Source: an uncultured virus (IMG/VR IMGVR_UViG_3300030202_003277) (taxonomy: Duplodnaviria; Heunggongvirae; Uroviricota; Caudoviricetes). Taken from it: 20,000 nt of DNA. The stretch's first letter is position 1. Each line of letters begins with the position of its first letter. The notes below the pieces were generated by a model. It saw only the letters and a program-made list of their open reading frames with translations. It had not been told where the DNA came from and made no database searches. Location: the IMG/VR virus record IMGVR_UViG_3300030202_003277. One strand, written 5' to 3'. Shown here piece after piece: positions 12,501 through 19,999 of this stretch. The position numbers and the translations under genes are program-made.

Positions 12501-13660
12501 AATTAAATGGTTTTTATAATGCAAGATTTTATATAAATGATAATCAATTCTATGATCTTGGTATGCAATTAGCTACTCAAATTTTTGGAAAAAATTCAGC
12601 TATTTATAAACATAAAGAAACTTTTGAATCTATAAAAGATACTATGTATTTATGGAGAGCACAAAAAGAGTTTAACAATCAAATTGATTCAGCTCCTGTA
12701 TTTATACAAGATACTGTTAACAAATTTGAAACAATTATAAATTCATTAAACAATACTAATGAAAGTAATTTGTTTATTTCAAAACCTTATGGTGTTAGTG
12801 ATCAAGCTTTTAATCAAGTTATGAATCAATTGAAATCAGCAAAAGAAATGAGTGTTCAAACTCCAGAAGTTTTTACTAATGAATTGAATAGACTAATAAC
12901 TTCTGAAAATCAAATTGAACGTATAATTGGAGAAGCAGTTGTTAAAAATCAAGAATATGCTGCAATAGGAAATCAATTAAGTAATAATGCATTTATTAAA
13001 CATTTAACAATTCAAGAAACTAAAGATGGAACTAAACATATTGTGCCAGTTAAATTAATTAATGATATTTCTGTTTCTGGATTAAAAGTAATTCAAGATG
13101 CATATAATAATTTAGCTAATATTGAAGGTGGAGTAGGTTTAACTTTACAAAAAGAGATTAGAGCTTATGCAATGTTAAGATTTGGTATGGCTTCTAAAAT
13201 GGGAAGTATATCTAAAATGTTTCCAACAGGAATGTCTATTGCAGTATTAAAAAATTCTCGAGATTTTAAAAATAATGCTATTGACACTCAAAGTGCAACT
13301 AATTTCTTTGTTAACCCAAAAAATATTGAAATGTTAAAAGCAAATACAGCTATTATGATGAAAGAAAAATTACCATTAGCTGTACCTACAGATAGACAAA
13401 TTTCAAGTGATTCAGATTTAGCTTATGGCACATATTATGCACATTCTGAAGGAGTTACTGTAAATACAAAATCAGATTTTGTTAATATTAATAATGATGT
13501 ATATAGAAGAGTACCTGAAAGTAATATTTTTCAAAATTTAAAAGGTCTTGGTGGAATGAAAGAAAAAGGTTATACTGTATTAATTAAAGATAAAAACAGC
13601 TTTGATTTAAGCAATAGAGAAGTACAAGATAATGCTAATCAAATTAAAAAAGAATGTTAA
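3501..13660 (+). CDS. Giant virion-associated polyprotein (about 3385 aa): membrane/ejection domain + GNAT-like domain + zincin metallopeptidase + crAss-like DNA-dependent RNA polymerase; interrupted by an assembly gap
   Basis: The frame of 3501 is open up to the N run (7527-7536). Right after the gap, the frame of the 7631 ORF is open from 7538 and reads TDEAFQNTLLHEGAHIIKEILGDNHPLIKAG-MQFIKG, completing a zincin domain whose first half (KILNHFQKLFPNIPV...AYINELGV) lies before the gap. A true gap of 8 or 11 nt (3n+2) fuses the two. RNAP motifs lie downstream. Confidence 0.8.
3830..4730 (+). other. Gly/Ala-rich hydrophobic helical domain (putative membrane-inserting/ejection-channel region)
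   Basis: Segments GVAGMVSGLAQAPAIVGAAITGG, AYAIGDGLGFVADIFLGSHGVGSLV and AMVGALVGGLVGGMVSGGGSAI, plus GATVEATQEFTQQ (4512-4550). This resembles the ExxxExxQ pattern I recognise from large phage ejection/polyvalent proteins. Confidence 0.55.
6190..6745 (+). other. GNAT acetyltransferase-like domain embedded in the polyprotein
   Basis: Globular beta-rich segment between two K/E-rich linkers. It has GKGFG (6381-6395, similar to GNAT motif A Q/RxxGxG), followed by SVSKDGLRVWNKAKQKGY (6456-6509), resembling motif B of phage polyvalent-protein GNATs. Confidence 0.45.
7401..7890 (+). other. Zincin metallopeptidase domain 1 (HExxH), spanning the N gap
   Basis: HEGAH at 7568-7582, in the frame of the downstream RNAP ORF but upstream of its track-called ATG. 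Candidate third-ligand helix EQAEEALMEAIA and terminal LKRFW helix. Confidence 0.8.
7527..7536. other. Assembly/scaffold gap (10 N)
   Basis: Ten consecutive N. The round length suggests a placeholder. It causes the apparent frameshift between 3501..7589 and 7631..13660. Confidence 0.95.
9850..12000 (+). other. Catalytic core of a two-barrel (DPBB) virion RNA polymerase, crAss-like type
   Basis: Ordered motifs: DVMKRMAGLNSGG (KR at 9935-9940), FYKMS, STQLAKIL (10511-10534), VVVRVPAS (RVP at 11297-11305), DADNDGDK (11405-11428, the DxDxD metal-binding loop; cf. NADFDGD in beta' and DFDID in phi14:2 gp66), and AALDMGNDP (11849-11875). Boundaries are approximate. Confidence 0.85.
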
Positions 13661-16600
13661 ATGACGTGTCCAAATAAATCAAACCCAGATTGGATAGCAT
13701 TAGTTGATGCTGTAGGAGAAAAAGCAGCTATTGAGGCTTATGTTAGAAATAATTATGATATACCTAAATTAAATGGATATGTTAATCCAATTAATGAAGG
13801 ATTGACTGGTACAAAATTTAATCAAGTTTCTACTCAAACTAAATTAAATGAAGCTCCTAAAATAGCACAAGAAATTATTAATAAATTAAATACTCAAATG
13901 CCTGATGTACAGGTTAGTTTAGATGGTTTAATTAAAGATGGGAAATGGATAAAAATACCACCAGGTCAAGATGGTATGCATAATAGAAATGCTTTTGTTG
14001 GTGCTGTAGCTTGGGCTAATGATTCTATGTTAGAAACTCCACCTCATGAATATGCTCATGAATATATCGAGATGTTTAAAAATCATCCTTTAGTAAGGAA
14101 AGCAATTATGGCTTATGGCTCAGAAGGATTAGCTATTAAAATGGGTCAAGATTTTGTTAATCGAACATTGTCTAAAAATCAATTGCCTTTAATAGAAAGA
14201 ATATGGGATGTAATTAGAAACTTTTTTGGATCTAAAGATGTAGCAGATATTATTTCTGATAATTTTTATAAAGGAGAAATGATGTCAGGACAAATTTCTG
14301 AGGGTAATAATATTATAAGTTATAATACTAAAAAACAACCATTAAAAAGAATTAAAGGAGCTTTTGATAGTAAAGGAAAGTTTGATGAAAATTCAGTTGT
14401 TTTAAAAACTATTGATACAGATAGAGCTGTTGATTATATAATGCAAACAATGGCTGGTTATAATGTTTTTGGAAATTTAAAATCAGAATTTGATTTTGAT
14501 GTAGGACAAATTGTAGATAAAGTAGAGGGAGAAGTTAATCCTGATAGAGCTGCTCTTGTTTTTAAGTATATAATGCAAGCTGTTCAAGCAACAGATAGAG
14601 ATGTTAATGGTAAATATGCTAATAGAGCTGGTATATCAATTCAACAAATAAGAGAATTACAAAAACGATTATTTGATCAAGAGCATGTAAAAGAATTATT
14701 AGATATTTTACAAGGCAACAAACCTCAACCAGCAATAAATAACTTAACTAAAATTTCTAAAGATTATTGGCTTTTAGTAAGAGCAATGCAAAAATTAAAT
14801 TATTTAGAAAAAGTTAAAAATGGTGTAATTGCTGATAATAATAAAATAATAAGCAAAGTAACTTTAGCTGAAGAAATTACAAAAAACATAGAATCTTTAA
14901 ATCAAAAAAGAGCAGATTTATTAGATAAGAAATTTAAAAATCCATACATAAGAAAATTTGTAAAATGGTCTAATAAACAAATAACTGATTATTTTATAAC
15001 TCCGTATTTAACTGCTAAATATTTAGCTGGTGAAGATTCAGTGTTTATGGATATGTTTTATAGGGGGTTAGATAATGCTGATACTAATAAATTAAGAATA
15101 CTACAACAGTTTGATAAAGATTTAGCTTTAAAACAAGAAGTTAAAAACCGATTGGGTAAATATTCTGCATTTTCTGATTCTAATTTAGATATAAGTAGTT
15201 ATAAAGGTTTAGAATTAGACCTTATTGTTAATGATAATCAAACAAAAGTAAAGCTTACAGATGGTGAAATACTTTCTTTATATCTAACAGCACAACAAAA
15301 AGGAGATCAATCTATTTTTCCAGATTCTGATAGCCCACGATTAACATTAATAAAGCATGGTTTTCAATTAGATAAAATTGAAGGTAGACCCGGAATGGCC
15401 AAGACAAGATATAATTTTAGTGAAGGAACTTTACAAGCAATTGAAAAGCACGTTGAATCTAATCCAGATTTAATGCAAGTAGTAAAAAATGTAAATAAAT
15501 CTTTAGATAATTTATTTGTTCCATTGTCAGAAACTTTTAAACAACAAAATGGTTTTTATCTACCTAAATATGAAAATTACTTTCCTGTAACAACATATTT
15601 AGGAGCATATGACATGAAAGTACAAAGAAATAATATTGAAAGCTTTAAATCAATTAGAGATAGAGTAGGTTCAGGTAAACCTTTTTATATTTCTGATGTA
15701 AATAAAGTTTTAGCTTATCATTCACAAAATGCATCTTCATATTCTGCATATGCTATTCCTATAGAAAATAATAGGAAAATTATTAAAATGTTAAAAGATG
15801 AATATGATGGTGGTGGTAAAGAATATGAAACTATAAATAAACTTTTAGATCAAGCAGAAAGTAAATTAGTACAATTAAATGACCCTACATTTTTATCTAC
15901 TTCTGAAGGAGAAACAAGACTTGCTAATACTTTAAATAAAGGTATGAGTAATTTTGCTGTTGCAGTATTGTCTTGGAATATACCAGTTATGATGAAACAG
16001 CCTATTTCATATATGGCTGCAAGAGAAATGATAAATGCAAAATATTTAGCTAAAGCTGGTTGGGGAGCTGGTGGTATAGCGGGTATTTCTCCTAAACAAA
16101 TTTGGGATTCATTAAGTGTTCCTGGAGTTAAAGGTGGTAAAACTATATTGCCTGTTGAATGGCAAATGGATGAAAAAAACCCAGCTTATCAAGAAATTAT
16201 AAAATGGTCTCCAAAATTAACTGCAAGATTTGATGGTGCTGTTTCTAAAGAAATGGGTGAAGCTATGTTTGAAAAAAAGTTTGGTAAAGATGAAATTACA
16301 TTACCAGGTTTAAAAAATAAAAATGGTGATAATTATAAAGTTTCACGAGCAAGGTTAATGGAAGGTATTAAAATATTTGATGCTGCTACTGTAATGTCAA
16401 TATGGAGTGCTGTTCAAGAAGAAGCAAAAGAAATGCACCCAAGTTTAAAAGAAGGTAGCAATGAATTTATGGAACATGTAGCACAACGAACAGAAAATAT
16501 AGTTAATGCTACACAGCCTACTTTTGATTTAATGAATAGAACTAATTTAAGTTCTATGAAAAATCCTTTTGCAAGAACATTTTCTATGTTTGGTTCAGCA

Positions 16601-17137
16601 AGAAGTAAATTAGGAGCATTAATGATAGATGGTTTTTATGACGCTATGATGAATCCTACTAAAGAAAATAAAATTAAATTGTGGAAAAGAACATTTAATT
16701 TAGCTGTTTTAAATGGTTTAGCTATATCTATGGCAAATGCATTAGCAATGGGGTTTGATTTTGATGATGAAGATAAAGATGGAAGAGTTGTTGATGATAT
16801 AGGTAATTGGACAAAATATCAACTTGTAAATAATGCATTTGGTAACTTTTATTTTGGTGGTGAAGTTTCAAGATTTATTACTTCAAGAATAGATGATGCA
16901 CCATGGAGAAGTGAAATTGACAATCCTTTAGAACAAGTTTTAAATGATGGATTAGAAGCTACTACTAAAATTATTAGAATAGGAAAAACAGATAAAAGAA
17001 CAGGTGAGTGGAATTACACAATAGATAATGGATTGTGGCAAATGGTTGATGTTGGAACTAAAATGATGGGAATGCCTAATAAATTAGTTAAGTGGCCCGA
17101 AAAATCTTATGAATATTTTATTGGAGATGAAGAATAA
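13661..17137 (+). CDS. Large ejection/cargo protein with N-terminal zincin metallopeptidase (1158 aa)
   Basis: Starts MTCPNKSNPDWIALVDAVGE. TPPHEYAHEY, with HExxH at 14045-14059. The C-terminal half is helical with hydrophobic segments (NFAVAVLSWNIPVMMKQPISY; NATQPTFDLMNR...NPFARTFSMFGS; LAVLNGLAISMANALAMG), as seen in large phage internal/polyvalent proteins. The ATG immediately follows the RNAP stop. Confidence 0.75.
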   Translation: MTCPNKSNPDWIALVDAVGEKAAIEAYVRNNYDIPKLNGYVNPINEGLTGTKFNQVSTQTKLNEAPKIAQEIINKLNTQMPDVQVSLDGLIKDGKWIKIPPGQDGMHNRNAFVGAVAWANDSMLETPPHEYAHEYIEMFKNHPLVRKAIMAYGSEGLAIKMGQDFVNRTLSKNQLPLIERIWDVIRNFFGSKDVADIISDNFYKGEMMSGQISEGNNIISYNTKKQPLKRIKGAFDSKGKFDENSVVLKTIDTDRAVDYIMQTMAGYNVFGNLKSEFDFDVGQIVDKVEGEVNPDRAALVFKYIMQAVQATDRDVNGKYANRAGISIQQIRELQKRLFDQEHVKELLDILQGNKPQPAINNLTKISKDYWLLVRAMQKLNYLEKVKNGVIADNNKIISKVTLAEEITKNIESLNQKRADLLDKKFKNPYIRKFVKWSNKQITDYFITPYLTAKYLAGEDSVFMDMFYRGLDNADTNKLRILQQFDKDLALKQEVKNRLGKYSAFSDSNLDISSYKGLELDLIVNDNQTKVKLTDGEILSLYLTAQQKGDQSIFPDSDSPRLTLIKHGFQLDKIEGRPGMAKTRYNFSEGTLQAIEKHVESNPDLMQVVKNVNKSLDNLFVPLSETFKQQNGFYLPKYENYFPVTTYLGAYDMKVQRNNIESFKSIRDRVGSGKPFYISDVNKVLAYHSQNASSYSAYAIPIENNRKIIKMLKDEYDGGGKEYETINKLLDQAESKLVQLNDPTFLSTSEGETRLANTLNKGMSNFAVAVLSWNIPVMMKQPISYMAAREMINAKYLAKAGWGAGGIAGISPKQIWDSLSVPGVKGGKTILPVEWQMDEKNPAYQEIIKWSPKLTARFDGAVSKEMGEAMFEKKFGKDEITLPGLKNKNGDNYKVSRARLMEGIKIFDAATVMSIWSAVQEEAKEMHPSLKEGSNEFMEHVAQRTENIVNATQPTFDLMNRTNLSSMKNPFARTFSMFGSARSKLGALMIDGFYDAMMNPTKENKIKLWKRTFNLAVLNGLAISMANALAMGFDFDDEDKDGRVVDDIGNWTKYQLVNNAFGNFYFGGEVSRFITSRIDDAPWRSEIDNPLEQVLNDGLEATTKIIRIGKTDKRTGEWNYTIDNGLWQMVDVGTKMMGMPNKLVKWPEKSYEYFIGDEE

Positions 17138-17151
17138 AAAAATTAAATTTG
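17121..17151 (+). promoter_or_regulatory. Putative Bacteroidota primary-sigma promoter (-33 TTG / -7 TAnnTTTG)
   Basis: TTG at 17121-17123, a 20-nt spacer, then TAAATTTG at 17144-17151. The -7 element sits in the 21-bp intergenic gap separating the cargo module from the Cys-rich module. Chance matches are plausible in AT-rich DNA. Confidence 0.45.
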
Positions 17152-17158
17152 TTAAGTC

Positions 17159-18079
17159 ATGGCTTTAGAACTGGATTTTGATTTAAGTATTACAGATTGT
17201 TGTGATGAATTACAGTTTTGTGATACTACTTGTGTTGTTAATCCTGATGAACCAGCACTTTGTTGTGATGGTTACGGAGCTTTAAATAATCCAAACATTT
17301 CAGATATATATTCTACTTCATTTAATTGGGTTTTACCAAGTGGAGCAGTTTATAATAATGTTAACCCTGGTTGGTTACAAGGATTACAAGCGTGCTATTC
17401 GTTACAAATTACTGGTGGTGTAGGTGGAAATATAGGTGTTGCTATAAATAGCACATATATAGGAACAACATTTTTTAATACTGATTTATCAAATACTGCT
17501 ACACAATTAGTACAAAGTATTAATTCACTTTCAGCTGGAACTGGATGGTGGGCTTACAAAGATCAAAACGATACAACAGGTACTACTGTTGTTATTTGTA
17601 ATTTACAAAATGGAATTGGTTTTAATGCATTACCTGTATTAGTTAGTGCTGATGGTACTATGACAACATCTTGGTTAGTTGGTGATGAAACAAGTGGTGG
17701 TAGAAATGGAGATGCGTGTTTTACTGTTAATTTAGATGATGTAGTTCCAGATCCATGTACTGTAGAAAGTTTTCCATCTTGGTTAGATGGAGTATATACG
17801 TTAACATATATTGTATATGATGTTAATGGAATAGAAATAACAAGAAAAACTAAAAAATTCTTTATAGACTGTAATGCTAAAAAATGTTTAAAGACGTTGA
17901 TTAAAGCTTTGTTAGACGATTGCAAAGATTGTGATGAAGCAGATCCTCGTATAGTTATGTTAAGGTCAAAGTTAGATGCAGCCAGAAATCAATTTGATGA
18001 ATGTTTATATGAATGTGCTCAAGAAACAATTGAGTCCGTTAGTAAGCAATGTAGAAACTTTTGCCTTGATTGTGACTGA
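17159..18079 (+). CDS. Cys-rich virion structural protein (putative tail hub/fibre adaptor), 306 aa
   Basis: 19 Cys by my count. Beta-rich body with WLDGVYTLTYIV and a C-terminal helical Cys-rich bundle (IDCNAKKCLKTL...DCKDCD...KLDAARNQFDEC...CRNFCLDCD). The TGA stop overlaps the next ATG (TGATG). Confidence 0.55.
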   Translation: MALELDFDLSITDCCDELQFCDTTCVVNPDEPALCCDGYGALNNPNISDIYSTSFNWVLPSGAVYNNVNPGWLQGLQACYSLQITGGVGGNIGVAINSTYIGTTFFNTDLSNTATQLVQSINSLSAGTGWWAYKDQNDTTGTTVVICNLQNGIGFNALPVLVSADGTMTTSWLVGDETSGGRNGDACFTVNLDDVVPDPCTVESFPSWLDGVYTLTYIVYDVNGIEITRKTKKFFIDCNAKKCLKTLIKALLDDCKDCDEADPRIVMLRSKLDAARNQFDECLYECAQETIESVSKQCRNFCLDCD

Positions 18080-18843
18080 TGAGTTTAATAAATGACATAA
18101 ATAATAATCTGACTTTTTTAAATGCTTTTAAAGCGTCAATGCCATTTGTTATTACGGTTGATCAAATTTGGTGTGATAACGCCACAAAAACATCATTTAC
18201 TCCTGAATCTCGTTCTGGTTTTTATTGTGAACCTTGTTTTTGGTTAAAACCATCAGATAGTTGTGATACATTTTACATGATAGATAAATCTAACTATTGT
18301 GGAAATGAAGGTTTAAATTGTCCTTATAGTGTTTTAACAATTGGGCTTCAAGAGTTTTGGTTGTTGCCAAATGATATTAATCAATATAGTGTTGATTTTA
18401 AAGGTTGTTGTGATACAGAATGGACAAATGTATTAGGTTTAAATACTTTTTCACAAAATTCACAAACTGCAATTACAGCTTCAAGGGGAGATGGGTGTTA
18501 TAGAGTAAATGTAACAATAAGTGTAGATGTTTATGAAAATGTTGATATTGGAAGAGAGCCTGTATTAGTTTTTGTAGAAACAATACAAAAAACTTATTCA
18601 TATACTATAACTATTGATTGCTGTGCTACGTTAAAGAAGAATTTAATAGAAAAAGTTAAATGCAAATTAGGATTAATTTCTTGTCAAATTAATAGTAATG
18701 AAATAGTTGGTAAAAAAACTACACGTCTTTATAATGATATGCATAGGCTTTTAAATATATTATGGGTATTAGAAAACTTTCCATTAGATTGTAAATGTAT
18801 TCAGTCATTAAAATGTGGTTTTGATAAAATTAAAAATTGTTAG
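18079..18843 (+). CDS. Cys-rich virion structural protein, probable distant paralog of the preceding gene, 254 aa
   Basis: 17 Cys by my count. GDGCYRVNVTI parallels DGVYTLTYIV, and TIDCCATLKKNL parallels FIDCNAKKCLKTL. Helical Cys-terminated C-terminus. TAG stop. Confidence 0.55.
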   Translation: MSLINDINNNLTFLNAFKASMPFVITVDQIWCDNATKTSFTPESRSGFYCEPCFWLKPSDSCDTFYMIDKSNYCGNEGLNCPYSVLTIGLQEFWLLPNDINQYSVDFKGCCDTEWTNVLGLNTFSQNSQTAITASRGDGCYRVNVTISVDVYENVDIGREPVLVFVETIQKTYSYTITIDCCATLKKNLIEKVKCKLGLISCQINSNEIVGKKTTRLYNDMHRLLNILWVLENFPLDCKCIQSLKCGFDKIKNC

Positions 18844-18845
18844 AT

Positions 18846-19547
18846 ATGAGTAATTGTTGTGATAATGAAAATAAAATCTTTATAAGTGATATTATATATG
18901 ACTGTGAAGAATTTCAGTGTGCTGGATTGCCAGCGTTAACTATAAAGCCTTGTATGACAATGTGTGAGGTTTTTAACATCATATTAACACAGTTATGCAC
19001 ATTATCAGGTGCTGGAGATATAACTGCTTCAAATGTAGGTGGTGGTATAGGTGTTTTTTATCAAAAAGTGGCAAGTGATTTAGAGTTTAAAACTCTTATT
19101 GCTGGAGATGGAATACAATTAGATAATGTATCTAATCCAGAAGAAATTATAATTACATCTACAGCTGGTACAAGTGCTGCTTGTATAGAGGCTCAAATTG
19201 ATTATACACTTGTACCTGGACCATATAGTGCTTCTAATAATTTACCTTCATTAACGTTTAATGTAGTTGCTACAGGAACGTATAATATTTCTGTAACTTT
19301 AGGTGCAAGAATAGTACCTAATGATAATGTAACATATCAAGTTTATGTTAATGGGTTGCCAGTTGGTTTTCCTTACTTACATACTAAAGATAATACAGCT
19401 ACTGGTGGCGATTATCAAATTTGTCATTTTGAAACTTGTAAGCCTTTAGTTGCTGCTGATGTTGTAAATGTAGTTGGTATTGCAGCCGGAGTTGGTCAAG
19501 GAACTACTATTGGGTCGTGTAATTTGTTTATACAAAGAATTGATTAA
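18846..19547 (+). CDS. Putative short tail fibre/spike protein with C1q/TNF-like (BclA-C-like) C-terminal head, 233 aa
   Basis: ATG at 18846 (MSNCCD) is preferred over the overlapping TTG at 18837. Cys-rich N-terminal anchor; fibre-type shaft motif ASNVGGGIGVFYQKVASDLEFKTLIAGDGIQL (about 19025-19120); beta-sandwich C-terminus (FNVVATGTYNISVTL...VYVNG...LVAADVVNV...NLFIQRID). Confidence 0.6.
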   Translation: MSNCCDNENKIFISDIIYDCEEFQCAGLPALTIKPCMTMCEVFNIILTQLCTLSGAGDITASNVGGGIGVFYQKVASDLEFKTLIAGDGIQLDNVSNPEEIIITSTAGTSAACIEAQIDYTLVPGPYSASNNLPSLTFNVVATGTYNISVTLGARIVPNDNVTYQVYVNGLPVGFPYLHTKDNTATGGDYQICHFETCKPLVAADVVNVVGIAAGVGQGTTIGSCNLFIQRID

Positions 19548-19558
19548 AAAAGAATATT

Positions 19559-19999
19559 ATGGGAAATTGTTGTTGTAATAAAAAAACAAAACTTAAAAGT
19601 TGTAAATGTGGTTCTACTGATGGAACTTATAATATTGTAATACCAAGTAAAGATTTTAATTGGGAAGTATTTGATATTAATTTAGGAGCTACAGCTGATC
19701 CTTTAACGTTTATTGATAATGATTTTCAAGTATGGTATGATAGAATGACTTGTGATGATACTATAAGAGTTACATTGTCTACAAATGATACTTCGGTTGA
19801 TAAAATATTTTTTGGAGTACCTACAGTTTCTGAATTTACATTTAGAGATGTTCCGGCAGATAATAGTACATTTACATTAGGAGATTTATATATAAGATTT
19901 ACAGGTGTTCCAGCTCCCGGCACAGTAGTAACTTTTTATGTAGATCATGAAGGGTGTTCAAGAAAAAGAAAACAAACTGGAACAGCAATAGTACCTTAA
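19559..19999 (+). CDS. Small beta-rich protein with Cys/Lys-rich N-terminus, probably structural (146 aa)
   Basis: Starts MGNCCCNKKTKLKSCKCG. AT-rich leader with A at -3. Complete, with TAA at 19997-19999. Confidence 0.55.
   Translation: MGNCCCNKKTKLKSCKCGSTDGTYNIVIPSKDFNWEVFDINLGATADPLTFIDNDFQVWYDRMTCDDTIRVTLSTNDTSVDKIFFGVPTVSEFTFRDVPADNSTFTLGDLYIRFTGVPAPGTVVTFYVDHEGCSRKRKQTGTAIVP

Noticed and set aside
13658..13663. Read-through fusion of the RNAP protein with the in-frame 1158-aa protein
   Set aside because: The stop is TAA, the least leaky, and it is followed directly by an ATG with a typical N-terminus. Coupled reinitiation is the simpler explanation.
18837..18845. TTG start for the 236-aa ORF as given in the track
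   Set aside because: The ATG at 18846, just after the upstream TAG, gives MSNCC, matching the MGNCC start of the next gene.
3280..19923. Short minus-strand ORFs in the track (3280-3468, 4540-4722, 4577-4783, 4716-4898, 6204-6422, 9669-9863, 11620-11817, 17563-17925, 19726-19923)
   Set aside because: All lie fully antisense to long plus-strand genes and have the I/F/L/S/P-biased composition expected of shadow frames. No recognisable motifs.
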